Assembly (NCBI RefSeq): GCF_024124665.1
Contig: NZ_JAMXSB010000005.1
Coordinates: 293,672-357,671 of the forward strand
Direction of reading: 5' to 3'
Length of the DNA: 64,000 bases
DNA from: Pleionea sp. CnH1-48
GTDB lineage: Bacteria; Pseudomonadota; Gammaproteobacteria; Enterobacterales; Kangiellaceae
Shown here piece by piece: positions 32,337-41,385 of this stretch. Below the pieces are notes generated by a model. The model was given only the letters and a program-made list of their open reading frames with translations, did not search any database and was not told the DNA's origin. Made by a program: the position numbers and the translations under genes. Within the stretch, counting starts at the first letter, position 1, and the number at the start of each line of letters is the position of its first letter.

Positions 32337-32810
32337 ATGAAAAAACTATTTCTGCTGCTTGTGGCTGGTTTGTGTTCTATCACAACCTTTGCAAACCCTT
32401 ATCTGACAGGAAACAAAAAGCTGGATCGTAATTTAATTAATATTGATCACGAAGCCCGTCGCGATAAAGATAAATATGTCAAAAAGCTTAAGAAGAACTT
32501 TGATATTAAAGAAGAGCAATACGAAGAGTTGCATCTAGAACGCGAATGGAGTCCTGGCGATATTTATCTGGCACTGTCTATCGCTAAGGTTAAGAAAGTC
32601 AATATTGATATAGTACAACGCCAGTTTCAGCTCCACCGAACCAAAGGCTGGAGCGCCATACTAAAAGCGCTTGAAATCAAAGACTCAACACCCGCCTACG
32701 ACAAGATTCAATCGACGGTTAAAAAAGGCACCCCCAAGCGGGATTATGAAGAAGAACGACTCAACATTTACGAAAAACACAAGCAAGAACTGAAGCAAGA
32801 CAAAAAATAA
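32337..32810 (+). CDS. secreted lysine-rich hypothetical protein
   Basis: Signal peptide MKKLFLLLVAGLCSITTFA at an internal ATG of the track ORF 32262... Charged K/E-rich mature part. Confidence 0.5.
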   Translation: MKKLFLLLVAGLCSITTFANPYLTGNKKLDRNLINIDHEARRDKDKYVKKLKKNFDIKEEQYEELHLEREWSPGDIYLALSIAKVKKVNIDIVQRQFQLHRTKGWSAILKALEIKDSTPAYDKIQSTVKKGTPKRDYEEERLNIYEKHKQELKQDKK

Positions 32811-32843
32811 CCTTGTCCCCGAGGCTTCACGCCTTGGGGTAAC

Positions 32844-33236
32844 TTACCAGCTAGACCAGGACATAGGATCCACAAACCAGTCACCGTCGACATTATGCAT
32901 GCGAATCGATAAGCGCTTTTGTTTACCTTTTTTGAACACAACTCTGACTCTCACCGTTGCTCTATCCTTAGTAATCGATGTCTTTATCGCGTCAATAGTG
33001 TCCAGTCCTCCTCGAAACTCACGAGTTGTACTTCGTGCCGTTGATTTTCCGGTCACAAACAGGCGATAGTCTTCTGTTGACTCCAAATGTTTTTTTTCAA
33101 CTAACATCTTGAAGCGCTTAGTATTTGCGGTATACACAGCCTCCACATATTCGACAGCCACTGCCTCGGGACTGGACAGATCAACACCGCAAGAGGTCAG
33201 CAATACGATAAAAACAATAACAATTAATGATCTCAT
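32844..33236 (-). CDS. hypothetical lipoprotein
   Basis: 130 aa. Lipobox 'LLTSC'. Confidence 0.5.
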   Translation of the reverse strand: MRSLIVIVFIVLLTSCGVDLSSPEAVAVEYVEAVYTANTKRFKMLVEKKHLESTEDYRLFVTGKSTARSTTREFRGGLDTIDAIKTSITKDRATVRVRVVFKKGKQKRLSIRMHNVDGDWFVDPMSWSSW

Positions 33237-33482
33237 TCAAACACTTCTTTTTTGTTTCCCCTAAATGCAGAGTATAGAACAGCTGCCAACAACTGCCTCT
33301 ACAACCCTCGTTTTCGTGACATGAGCGTCAATATTTGACTAAATTCGATGAAAAATGAACAATAACGCGACCCAGTTAACCCTGCTATTGGATATTTTCC
33401 GTTTTATAAATTCATTCTTGTATAACAAATATGCCACTAGCATTTGATTGTCTGTACATAATAAGGGCGCACATTTTTCACA

Positions 33483-34055
33483 ATGAAAAGACTCACAGTA
33501 TTTATTCCAGGCCTCCTACTCGGCCTGTTCCTTCAATCGTCTGGCCACGCTTTGGACATGACCAATCCAGATTATGAATTTGGCTATCGAGTAGCAAAAA
33601 AAATCTACCTAATGTCTGAAGACGACGGTTGGAAATTGCTTGATCAGTGTATGCGCAGTAGCTACAAACCCGAGTCTTACTGGCGTGTAACTGCCAAACA
33701 AATTGAGTCTCTGGAAAAAATGCTAAGCAAAGAGATCAACAAACTCTCAAAACAAAGCGATGCATTTTCTCCAGGAAAGCTGGAACAATACGGTCGTCAA
33801 TACATAGGATTTAAAAAAGAAGGAAAGACGTTTTACTACGGCAACTTTTTCCCTACAGAACATAAACTGCAAGTAGACCCTCAACATGATGCCGTTGTTC
33901 TTTGTCGAGGCGATAAGCGTTTTTGGGGCATGCTGTTTAACGTGACAGACTTTAAATTTGAAGCCATCGAAAAAAATGATCGCTTTGTTAAACCACGAGG
34001 CATGTCATTGCCAGGAGAAGAAGATCTGCCTCCTCCTCCTATTCCGCGAGGATAA
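33483..34055 (+). CDS. secreted hypothetical protein
   Basis: 190 aa. Signal peptide MKRLTVFIPGLLLGLFLQSSGHA. Pro-rich C-terminus. Confidence 0.45.
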   Translation: MKRLTVFIPGLLLGLFLQSSGHALDMTNPDYEFGYRVAKKIYLMSEDDGWKLLDQCMRSSYKPESYWRVTAKQIESLEKMLSKEINKLSKQSDAFSPGKLEQYGRQYIGFKKEGKTFYYGNFFPTEHKLQVDPQHDAVVLCRGDKRFWGMLFNVTDFKFEAIEKNDRFVKPRGMSLPGEEDLPPPPIPRG

Positions 34056-34105
34056 CAAAAGCCTTTCGCTCTGCAAGAGCAGAGCATCAGAATTGATCGA
34101 AGCGG

Positions 34106-35149
34106 CTAGTGAGTCGCTTTTATCTGAGCTCGACTGCTAAACCACTCTTTGCCTTTAGCAAACACAATCAAACTAAGCAACAATACGCCCCAAAACTTAT
34201 CCAGCCAAGAAAACTCATGGTGCATCACAGAGTGTTGTGCCTCAAGCCCCAAAGGCCACCATTGATCAACCATCCAGTTAGTCAGTATGCCAAACAGGAA
34301 GGCCATCCCCAGCACTCCGACTAAATATGCAATAAGAGATTGAGTGCCTAACTCTTTACGAATAATTCCCAAAGTTCCAATGTTGGTTGCAGGCCCGGCC
34401 AACATAAACACCAACACCGCTCCAGGAGAAATACCGCTCACCAAAAAGCCGGCGGCAATAGGTGTCGAGGCCGACGCACAGATATACATAGGTACGCCAA
34501 TAATCGCCATGATCAGCATGGCTTCAACCCCCCCTCCCCATTCTGCCAACCACTGCATAGGAACAAAGGTTTTGATTAATGCCGCAATCGCAATACCAAC
34601 GATCAACCACACAGCAATATCCGCCAGCATGGAGGTAAAAGAATAGGCCAACCCATCTTTTACACGCTCAGGTAACGACTGTTTTTGTTCCTTCTGTGCT
34701 TTAGCCGCACAACAGCTCACAGGTTCAGCCGATGAATGGTGTTGCTCTGTCACTTCTTCTCTACGCACCAGCAGTCCGGCCGAAATCGCGCTGCATATAG
34801 CCGCAATAGGCCGAATGATAGCCATAAAGGGGCCTAGCAAGGCATAAGAGAGAAAAATAGAGTCGGCTCCAGTCTCAGGCGTCGCCACCAAAAAAGACAC
34901 GGTAGAACTCTTTGAAGCGCCTGCACGACGTAATCCCAGAGCAGCAGGTACCACGCCACAAGAACACAGTGGCAATGGTGCACCAATCAAGGCAGCCTTA
35001 ACCGTATTGATACGTCGATGGCCACCCAATTGCCGCTTCATCCAATCCATGGGAATTAAGGCCTTCATCAAACCGCCAATAAAAAAGCCCAACAGCAGCC
35101 AGGGCGCCGATTCCAAAAACAGAGACACCAGATTTTGACTCAACGACAT
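34106..35149 (-). CDS. ArsP-like (PF03773/DUF318) permease
   Basis: 347 aa polytopic protein. 'PLPLCSCGVVP' resembles the TPFcSCS motif of ArsP organoarsenical permeases. Cys-rich loop 'VSCCAAKAQ'. Confidence 0.65.
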   Translation of the reverse strand: MSLSQNLVSLFLESAPWLLLGFFIGGLMKALIPMDWMKRQLGGHRRINTVKAALIGAPLPLCSCGVVPAALGLRRAGASKSSTVSFLVATPETGADSIFLSYALLGPFMAIIRPIAAICSAISAGLLVRREEVTEQHHSSAEPVSCCAAKAQKEQKQSLPERVKDGLAYSFTSMLADIAVWLIVGIAIAALIKTFVPMQWLAEWGGGVEAMLIMAIIGVPMYICASASTPIAAGFLVSGISPGAVLVFMLAGPATNIGTLGIIRKELGTQSLIAYLVGVLGMAFLFGILTNWMVDQWWPLGLEAQHSVMHHEFSWLDKFWGVLLLSLIVFAKGKEWFSSRAQIKATH

Positions 35150-35559
35150 GGCTCATCCTCCACACTTTCTAATGCCTGTAAAATAGTGCAATCACGTGCC
35201 GACTCTTCTCCACCACAACAACTATCATGCAACCTGGCCAATGCTTTTTCAAACTGCTGTAATTGAGCCATTTTTTCTCTGACCTCCAGTAGTTTTTGTT
35301 CAGCAACCGTTTTGACATCCTGGCAAACTCTGGCTTCGCGGTTTAGCCGCAGCTCTAACAGCTCTTGCACTGACTTTAACGAAAATCCCAAAGCTTTGGC
35401 TCGACGAATAAAGTGCAATCGAGACAGATCGTCTTCGGTGTACAGACGGTAACCACTTGCACTGCGCATACTGGGCTGAGCAATAGATTCTTTATCATAA
35501 AATCTAAGGGTATCAATGCTGAAGCCGCTTAATTCCGACGCTTGTTTAATACGATACAT
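35140..35559 (-). CDS. MerR-family metal-responsive regulator
   Basis: 139 aa. N-terminal MerR HTH 'ASELSGFSIDTLRFYD'. C-terminal Cys cluster 'HDSCCGGEESARDC'. 10-nt overlap with the permease. Confidence 0.75.
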   Translation of the reverse strand: MYRIKQASELSGFSIDTLRFYDKESIAQPSMRSASGYRLYTEDDLSRLHFIRRAKALGFSLKSVQELLELRLNREARVCQDVKTVAEQKLLEVREKMAQLQQFEKALARLHDSCCGGEESARDCTILQALESVEDEPCR

Positions 35560-35652
35560 AACGACAACTCATGCCAAATGACCTGATACTGTCCAGTATA
35601 AACCCTGGAGTGACCTCCAGAGTCAACCATTAGTTAATCGCGAAGAAATATC

Positions 35653-36222
35653 TTAAAGACGACGTGATTGGGCCAAAAACTGAATGAGCTGCTCAATTAA
35701 ACCACGTTGAAGCTGCCATAAAGAAGAACGCTTACCCGGGAACCGGGTACGAAAATAGGTATCCAGATTCTCGGATACAATAAAGTCCAGCTCAATTCGG
35801 TCTCCGGCAAACCCGCGATGAGGCCAGCTCGAAAAATGCTGATTGGCGAAGTCAATCAACTCCTGTTGCACTCTGGCCTCCAGAGTCAGCTCTGCGTCGA
35901 GTAAGGCCTGCTTAATATCCTGGGCATTGTTTTCTGACGCTTGACTGATCCGCCGCCATAGCTCACGACGGTACTGCCGAAATTCAGACACCCAGCCATC
36001 GGCCTCTTCTATAGCTTCTACCAAGAGTGCAATCTGCTCTGGCTTGATAAGTTGCGGATTCTTTTGCGATACCCACACGATAAAAAGAATCAGATTAACA
36101 TTGAACCCGTACTCTTCTTGAAGCACCAAACACGACTCTTGCACCTGCCCACTTTGATAAAAATCAAAACTAAACTGCCAGAACTCCTGCTTATCAAAGC
36201 TATGCTTTGTCGCATCATCCAT
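35653..36222 (-). CDS. hypothetical protein (DUF2390/TIGR02444-like)
   Basis: 189-aa soluble helical protein. Weak family recollection only. Confidence 0.35.
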   Translation of the reverse strand: MDDATKHSFDKQEFWQFSFDFYQSGQVQESCLVLQEEYGFNVNLILFIVWVSQKNPQLIKPEQIALLVEAIEEADGWVSEFRQYRRELWRRISQASENNAQDIKQALLDAELTLEARVQQELIDFANQHFSSWPHRGFAGDRIELDFIVSENLDTYFRTRFPGKRSSLWQLQRGLIEQLIQFLAQSRRL

Positions 36223-36323
36223 ACTTACTGTCTACCCACAAACATCTCAATACCCATTAATGTATCTAATTTTCGGCCTTCGTAGTTAAAACTTTTTTTA
36301 AAAATCGACAAAGTGCGGCTCCA

Positions 36324-37634
36324 CTACTCTTGGTGCATAGCTAAATAATCCAGAGCTAATTGCGACATCACCTTCACTCCGGCTTTCATACCACTTTCGT
36401 CAATAAAGAAGTCTGGCGTGTGATGGGCCGGGGCTTCTGAGGGTTTCATACTGGCTTTACGTCCGCCCAGAAAGAAGAAAAAGCTGGGTACTTTTTCGGC
36501 ATAAAATGAAAAGTCTTCCGCGCCAGTAATCGCATTCATCTCCAAGACATTACTTGCTCCCAACACCGCTTCAAGTGATGGCAACATCTTGGTGACCAGT
36601 TCTGGATTATTGTAAGTCACAGGATACGCCGTGGTATAAGGCAGCTCTAGGGTCGCCTTAGCTCCCATACTGGCAGCGGAATGTTTAACCACATCACGAA
36701 GATTCTTATGCAGCTGCTGACGCATGCCCTCATCGAGAGTACGAATGGTGCCAAGCATTTCGACCTGTTCAGGAATGATGTTAGAACGAACGCCACCGTG
36801 GATACTACCAACGGTAATAACCGCCGCATTTTTAGTTAGAGGTAGCTGGCGACTGACAATGGTTTGAATGTTGTTGATCATTTGCGCAGCCGTCACAATC
36901 GGATCGATACCGTTCCAAGGCGTTGAGCCATGCACTTGCTTACCATGAATCGTCACTTTGAAATTATCTACCGCGGCCATCAGACCGCCTTTGCGATAAC
37001 CAATACTACCGACTTTCATACGCGACGAGATATGCAACCCAAACACCACATCAACGTCAGGGTTAGACAACACTCCTTCACGAACCATTAACTCAGCACC
37101 ACCTTCTTCACCTTTAGGTGCACCTTCTTCTGCAGGCTGAAAGATAAATTTGATGGTTCCCGAAAATGCATCGCGGTGCTTAGATAAAACTTCAGCCACC
37201 CCCATTAACATGGCGACATGAGTGTCATGGCCACAAGCGTGCATGACCCCCACTTCTTGATCGTTGTATTGCGTTTTTACTTTCGACGCAAAAGGCAAGT
37301 CCACTCTTTCGGTCACAGGTAAAGCATCCATGTCAGCCCTTAACGCCACCACGGGTCCATCGCCTTTCCCTTTCAAAATCCCAACGACTCCGGTATGAGC
37401 CACTTTGGTTGTCACTTCAAGCCCCAAAGCTTTTAAATGTTTGGCGACTAATTCTGCCGTCTTAAACTCACGATTGGACAATTCAGGATGCTCGTGAATA
37501 TGGCGTCGCCACTGAATAACTTTGGATTCAACCTTATCGGCTGCATCTTCAATAGACGGACGAGATTCAACTGCCGCGGCAGATGAGGTAAGTACCACCA
37601 AAAGGGCAAAGAGAGAAAAAGTTTTCATAATCAT
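36324..37634 (-). CDS. secreted M20D-family amidohydrolase (aminoacylase/hippuricase-like)
   Basis: 436 aa. Signal peptide. 'WRRHIHEHPELS', 'ALRADMDALP', 'HACGHD' metal-binding motifs. Confidence 0.8.
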   Translation of the reverse strand: MIMKTFSLFALLVVLTSSAAAVESRPSIEDAADKVESKVIQWRRHIHEHPELSNREFKTAELVAKHLKALGLEVTTKVAHTGVVGILKGKGDGPVVALRADMDALPVTERVDLPFASKVKTQYNDQEVGVMHACGHDTHVAMLMGVAEVLSKHRDAFSGTIKFIFQPAEEGAPKGEEGGAELMVREGVLSNPDVDVVFGLHISSRMKVGSIGYRKGGLMAAVDNFKVTIHGKQVHGSTPWNGIDPIVTAAQMINNIQTIVSRQLPLTKNAAVITVGSIHGGVRSNIIPEQVEMLGTIRTLDEGMRQQLHKNLRDVVKHSAASMGAKATLELPYTTAYPVTYNNPELVTKMLPSLEAVLGASNVLEMNAITGAEDFSFYAEKVPSFFFFLGGRKASMKPSEAPAHHTPDFFIDESGMKAGVKVMSQLALDYLAMHQE

Positions 37635-37751
37635 TATCTTTTTTGTTTGGAAGTGCCAAGCAAAGACGTTGCCCTGCTTGTGAATTTATTTTCATTGTTT
37701 ATCATGCCCATAGACTCTTTAGCAATAAAAACGAGATCAGGCGATAGAATA

Positions 37752-40700
37752 ATGAGCAAAAAAGCATGGCGTTTTTGGGTAGATCGAGGCGGTACCTTTA
37801 CCGATATCATTGCTGTCGATCACGCTAGCAGACTGCATTCGCTGAAACTTCTATCAGAAGATCCAGCACATTATGAAGATGCCATTGTTGAAGGCATTCA
37901 ACGCCTCCACAACCATCAAGATACCATTGACGATATTCGCATAGGCACAACGGTAGCTACCAACGCTCTGCTCGAACGAAAAGGTGCCAAGACACTTTTG
38001 CTCATCACACAGGGTCTAGGTGATCTTTTAACCATTCGCAGTCAACATCGTTCGCATCTTTTCAACCAGAACATCATTAAGCCGAAGCCACTCTATTCCG
38101 CCGTTATAGAAATTGAAGAGCGAATGTCGGCAGAAGGTGAGCCCGAAATATCACTCAACAACGCTCATTTGCCACCCACGTTAAAACGTTATGTTAACGA
38201 TGGCTACGACTCCGTTGCTATTACTTTGATGCATAGTGTAAAAAATCCAACCCATGAGTTAGCCTTGGCTCAAATGGCAAAAGCAGCGGGCTTTACGCAA
38301 ATATCTCTTTCTCATCAAATTAGCCCACTTCCTCGATTGTTGCCTCGAGCAGAAACCACTGTCGTCGATGCTTACCTCTCTCCTATCTTGAAGCAGTATA
38401 CCCAAAGGCTGGAGCAGCAATTAAGCGCCAAGCAATTGCTCTTTATGCAAAGCAGTGGCGATCTTACCACCGCCAGCGAGTTTGATGGAAAAAACGCCAT
38501 ACTGTCAGGACCCGCTGGTGGTATTGTTGCTATGGCAAGAACAGCACAACAAGCAGGCTTTGATAAAGTTGTTGGCTTTGATATGGGTGGAACATCAACA
38601 GATGTATCATTATTTACTCATGAGCTCGACAAAACTTTAGATAATGAAATCGCCGGTGTTCATGTTCGTGCCCCCATGTTATCTGTTCACACTGTCGCAG
38701 CTGGAGGAGGATCTAAACTCTGGTTCGACGGTGCACGCTTAAGGGTCGGTCCAGAGTCGGCAGGAGCGCATCCAGGTCCCGTTTGTTACCGCAAAAAAGG
38801 GCATCTGACCGTGACCGATATTAATGTCTTGTGCGGTAAGATAAGAGCGGAATATTTTCCTCAGGTTTTTGGTGCTTCAGGAGATCAACCGCTGGATGTG
38901 CAAGCAACACACAGAGCTTTCGAACAACTGACCACACAAGTTAACTCTGCCACCCAACAAACCTTAAGTACTCATGAGCTAGCGAATGGTTTTATGAAGA
39001 TAGCCATTAACAATATGGCCAATGCGATTCGCACCATATCAACACAAAAAGGCATTGAGCTTTTTGACTTTGTTATTAATGCGTTTGGTGGTGCAGGAGG
39101 ACAACATGCCTGCCTCGTTGCCGATGAGCTGGGCATAAAACAAATTTTTCTGCATGCGCAATCCAGTTTGCTTTCAGCATACGGCATGGGATGTGGGTAC
39201 AAAGGTGTAGAAACCACACTGCCCTTAAACGAAGGTTTATCTGCTCAAACTCTTGGGACGATCAGCGAACACATTACGCCAGTCTTAAAACAACATGCAG
39301 CCAAACTCGAGCATCACAGCAACACACAAACGACGATTAAGCTCGGCTTAAAATATTCTGGTAGCGATACTTTAATCATGGTGCCTTTGAGTGACCAGAA
39401 TCAAATCGAGCAAAGTTTTTTGCAACAACATCAAAAGCGATTTGGTTTTGTTGATCACAATGGCAAATTGATTATCGAGCAAATCCACATACAAAGCACT
39501 CTTCCAGAACCATTACTCGACACTAGCGAAACACTGCAAGCCGAAACTTTGCCACCCAATATTCACTCAGTCTGGTTTACCGATGAGTGGGTAGATACGC
39601 CTTTTTACGCTTTAGATAACTTACCGAGCCATAGTCAAATCAAAGGGCCTGCTGTCGGCTACAATACTAATACAACACTCGTTATAGAACCCGGATGGCA
39701 AGCAACAAAAAAACCAGGTGGACACTGGGTACTCACCCGCGAGGATGCACGAGCAAAACCTGACGCCAATGACACCACACTTGATCCCATAAGGTTAGAA
39801 ATTTTCAACAATCGATTCATGCACATTGCCGAACAAATGGGCATGGTACTTAAGCAGACCGCTCGCTCAGTGAACATCAAAGAGCGTCTGGATTTTTCCT
39901 GCGCACTATTTGATGGCCAAGGAAACCTCATTGCGAATGCACCTCACATGCCAGTTCACTTAGGATCCATGAGCAGCAGCGTGCGTCATGTGATCCAACA
40001 CAACTCAATAGTGAATGAAGGAGATGTGTGGATGCTTAACTCACCCTATCATGGCGGCACCCATTTGCCTGACATTACGGTCATAAGTCCAGTCTTTGTC
40101 GATAATCAATGCCAGTACTGGGTTGCCTCTCGTGGTCATCATGCAGACATTGGCGGAACCACACCAGGTTCCATGCCAGCTCATAGTCAACACATTGATG
40201 AAGAAGGTGTACTGATTGAAAACTTTCATCTAGTTAAGCAGCACAAATTGCAGCAACGAGCGTTGGAAGAACAGCTAAAAGGACATCCATTTCCGGTAAG
40301 AAACTTCCAGCAAACACTGGCAGATTTAAAAGCTCAAATTGCTGCAAACCAATGTGGCATTAACGAAATAAAATCAGCGGTTGAGTACTTCGGCAATCAA
40401 ACGGTGTCTGCTTATATGACATACGTGCAAGACAATGCAGCCGAGATGATCAAACAAGCCATTAGCCAATTAAAAGATGGCCACTTTCAGTATCCAATGG
40501 ATTGCGGAGCGGTAATTCGTGTTGCCATTCGTATTGAAAATGACAGCATTACGATGGACTTTACGGGTACCAGCCCGCAACAAGATAACAATTTTAATGC
40601 GCCTTTGTCGGTTACTCGAGCAGCGGCTTTGTACGTATTAAGAAGCCTGATAGATGATGACATCCCCTTGAACGAAGGATGCCTTAAACCTTTAAAGCTT

Positions 40701-41297
40701 GTGGTACCCGAAAACTCTCTACTTAACCCCGAGTATCCAGCAGCTGTGGTGGCAGGAAACGTTGAAACCTCGCAATGTTTGACCGATGCGATCTGGGGGG
40801 CATTAGGATTGCAAGCTGGAGCACAAGGCACTATGAACAATCTGATCTTTGGCAACCAGGAATATCAATATTACGAAACCATTGCCGGTGGTTCTGGAGC
40901 AGGAAAAAATCACAACGGAACAGATGCCGTGCAAACGCACATGACCAATTCTCGCATGACCGACCCCGAAATTCTTGAGCAGCGTTTCCCAGTTTGTTTA
41001 GAAGAGTTTTCTGTTCGGAAGAACAGTGGCGGGGAAGGAAAATTTAATGGCGGTAATGGCATCCTAAGACGCATTCGATTTAATGAGCCCATGACGGTAT
41101 CAATACTTTCTAATAATCGCACACATCAACCATTTGGCATGATGGGCGGCGGGTCTGGTCATCCTGGAGAAAACAAGATTATTCGACAAAACGGTGAAGA
41201 AATGCCTGTGGCGTCAGCCAGCGAAGTATCGGTAGAAAAAAACGACCGTATCGAAATCAAAACACCAGGAGGTGGCGGTTATGGTTCACCTCAATAA
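37752..41297 (+). CDS. 5-oxoprolinase (fused hydantoinase A/B)
   Basis: About 1181 aa from the internal ATG MSKKAWRFWVDRGGTFTD (hydantoinase A N-terminus). Hydantoinase B C-terminal half ('NSPYHGGTHLPDITV'). Confidence 0.85.
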   Translation: MSKKAWRFWVDRGGTFTDIIAVDHASRLHSLKLLSEDPAHYEDAIVEGIQRLHNHQDTIDDIRIGTTVATNALLERKGAKTLLLITQGLGDLLTIRSQHRSHLFNQNIIKPKPLYSAVIEIEERMSAEGEPEISLNNAHLPPTLKRYVNDGYDSVAITLMHSVKNPTHELALAQMAKAAGFTQISLSHQISPLPRLLPRAETTVVDAYLSPILKQYTQRLEQQLSAKQLLFMQSSGDLTTASEFDGKNAILSGPAGGIVAMARTAQQAGFDKVVGFDMGGTSTDVSLFTHELDKTLDNEIAGVHVRAPMLSVHTVAAGGGSKLWFDGARLRVGPESAGAHPGPVCYRKKGHLTVTDINVLCGKIRAEYFPQVFGASGDQPLDVQATHRAFEQLTTQVNSATQQTLSTHELANGFMKIAINNMANAIRTISTQKGIELFDFVINAFGGAGGQHACLVADELGIKQIFLHAQSSLLSAYGMGCGYKGVETTLPLNEGLSAQTLGTISEHITPVLKQHAAKLEHHSNTQTTIKLGLKYSGSDTLIMVPLSDQNQIEQSFLQQHQKRFGFVDHNGKLIIEQIHIQSTLPEPLLDTSETLQAETLPPNIHSVWFTDEWVDTPFYALDNLPSHSQIKGPAVGYNTNTTLVIEPGWQATKKPGGHWVLTREDARAKPDANDTTLDPIRLEIFNNRFMHIAEQMGMVLKQTARSVNIKERLDFSCALFDGQGNLIANAPHMPVHLGSMSSSVRHVIQHNSIVNEGDVWMLNSPYHGGTHLPDITVISPVFVDNQCQYWVASRGHHADIGGTTPGSMPAHSQHIDEEGVLIENFHLVKQHKLQQRALEEQLKGHPFPVRNFQQTLADLKAQIAANQCGINEIKSAVEYFGNQTVSAYMTYVQDNAAEMIKQAISQLKDGHFQYPMDCGAVIRVAIRIENDSITMDFTGTSPQQDNNFNAPLSVTRAAALYVLRSLIDDDIPLNEGCLKPLKLVVPENSLLNPEYPAAVVAGNVETSQCLTDAIWGALGLQAGAQGTMNNLIFGNQEYQYYETIAGGSGAGKNHNGTDAVQTHMTNSRMTDPEILEQRFPVCLEEFSVRKNSGGEGKFNGGNGILRRIRFNEPMTVSILSNNRTHQPFGMMGGGSGHPGENKIIRQNGEEMPVASASEVSVEKNDRIEIKTPGGGGYGSPQ

Positions 41298-41385
41298 ACT
41301 CTCATTCATTTTTGATTCATGATTGAGTCGCTACAATGCGCCTCTTGCGCACCATTGTTGATGTTATAACCATGAGGAGAGGGGA

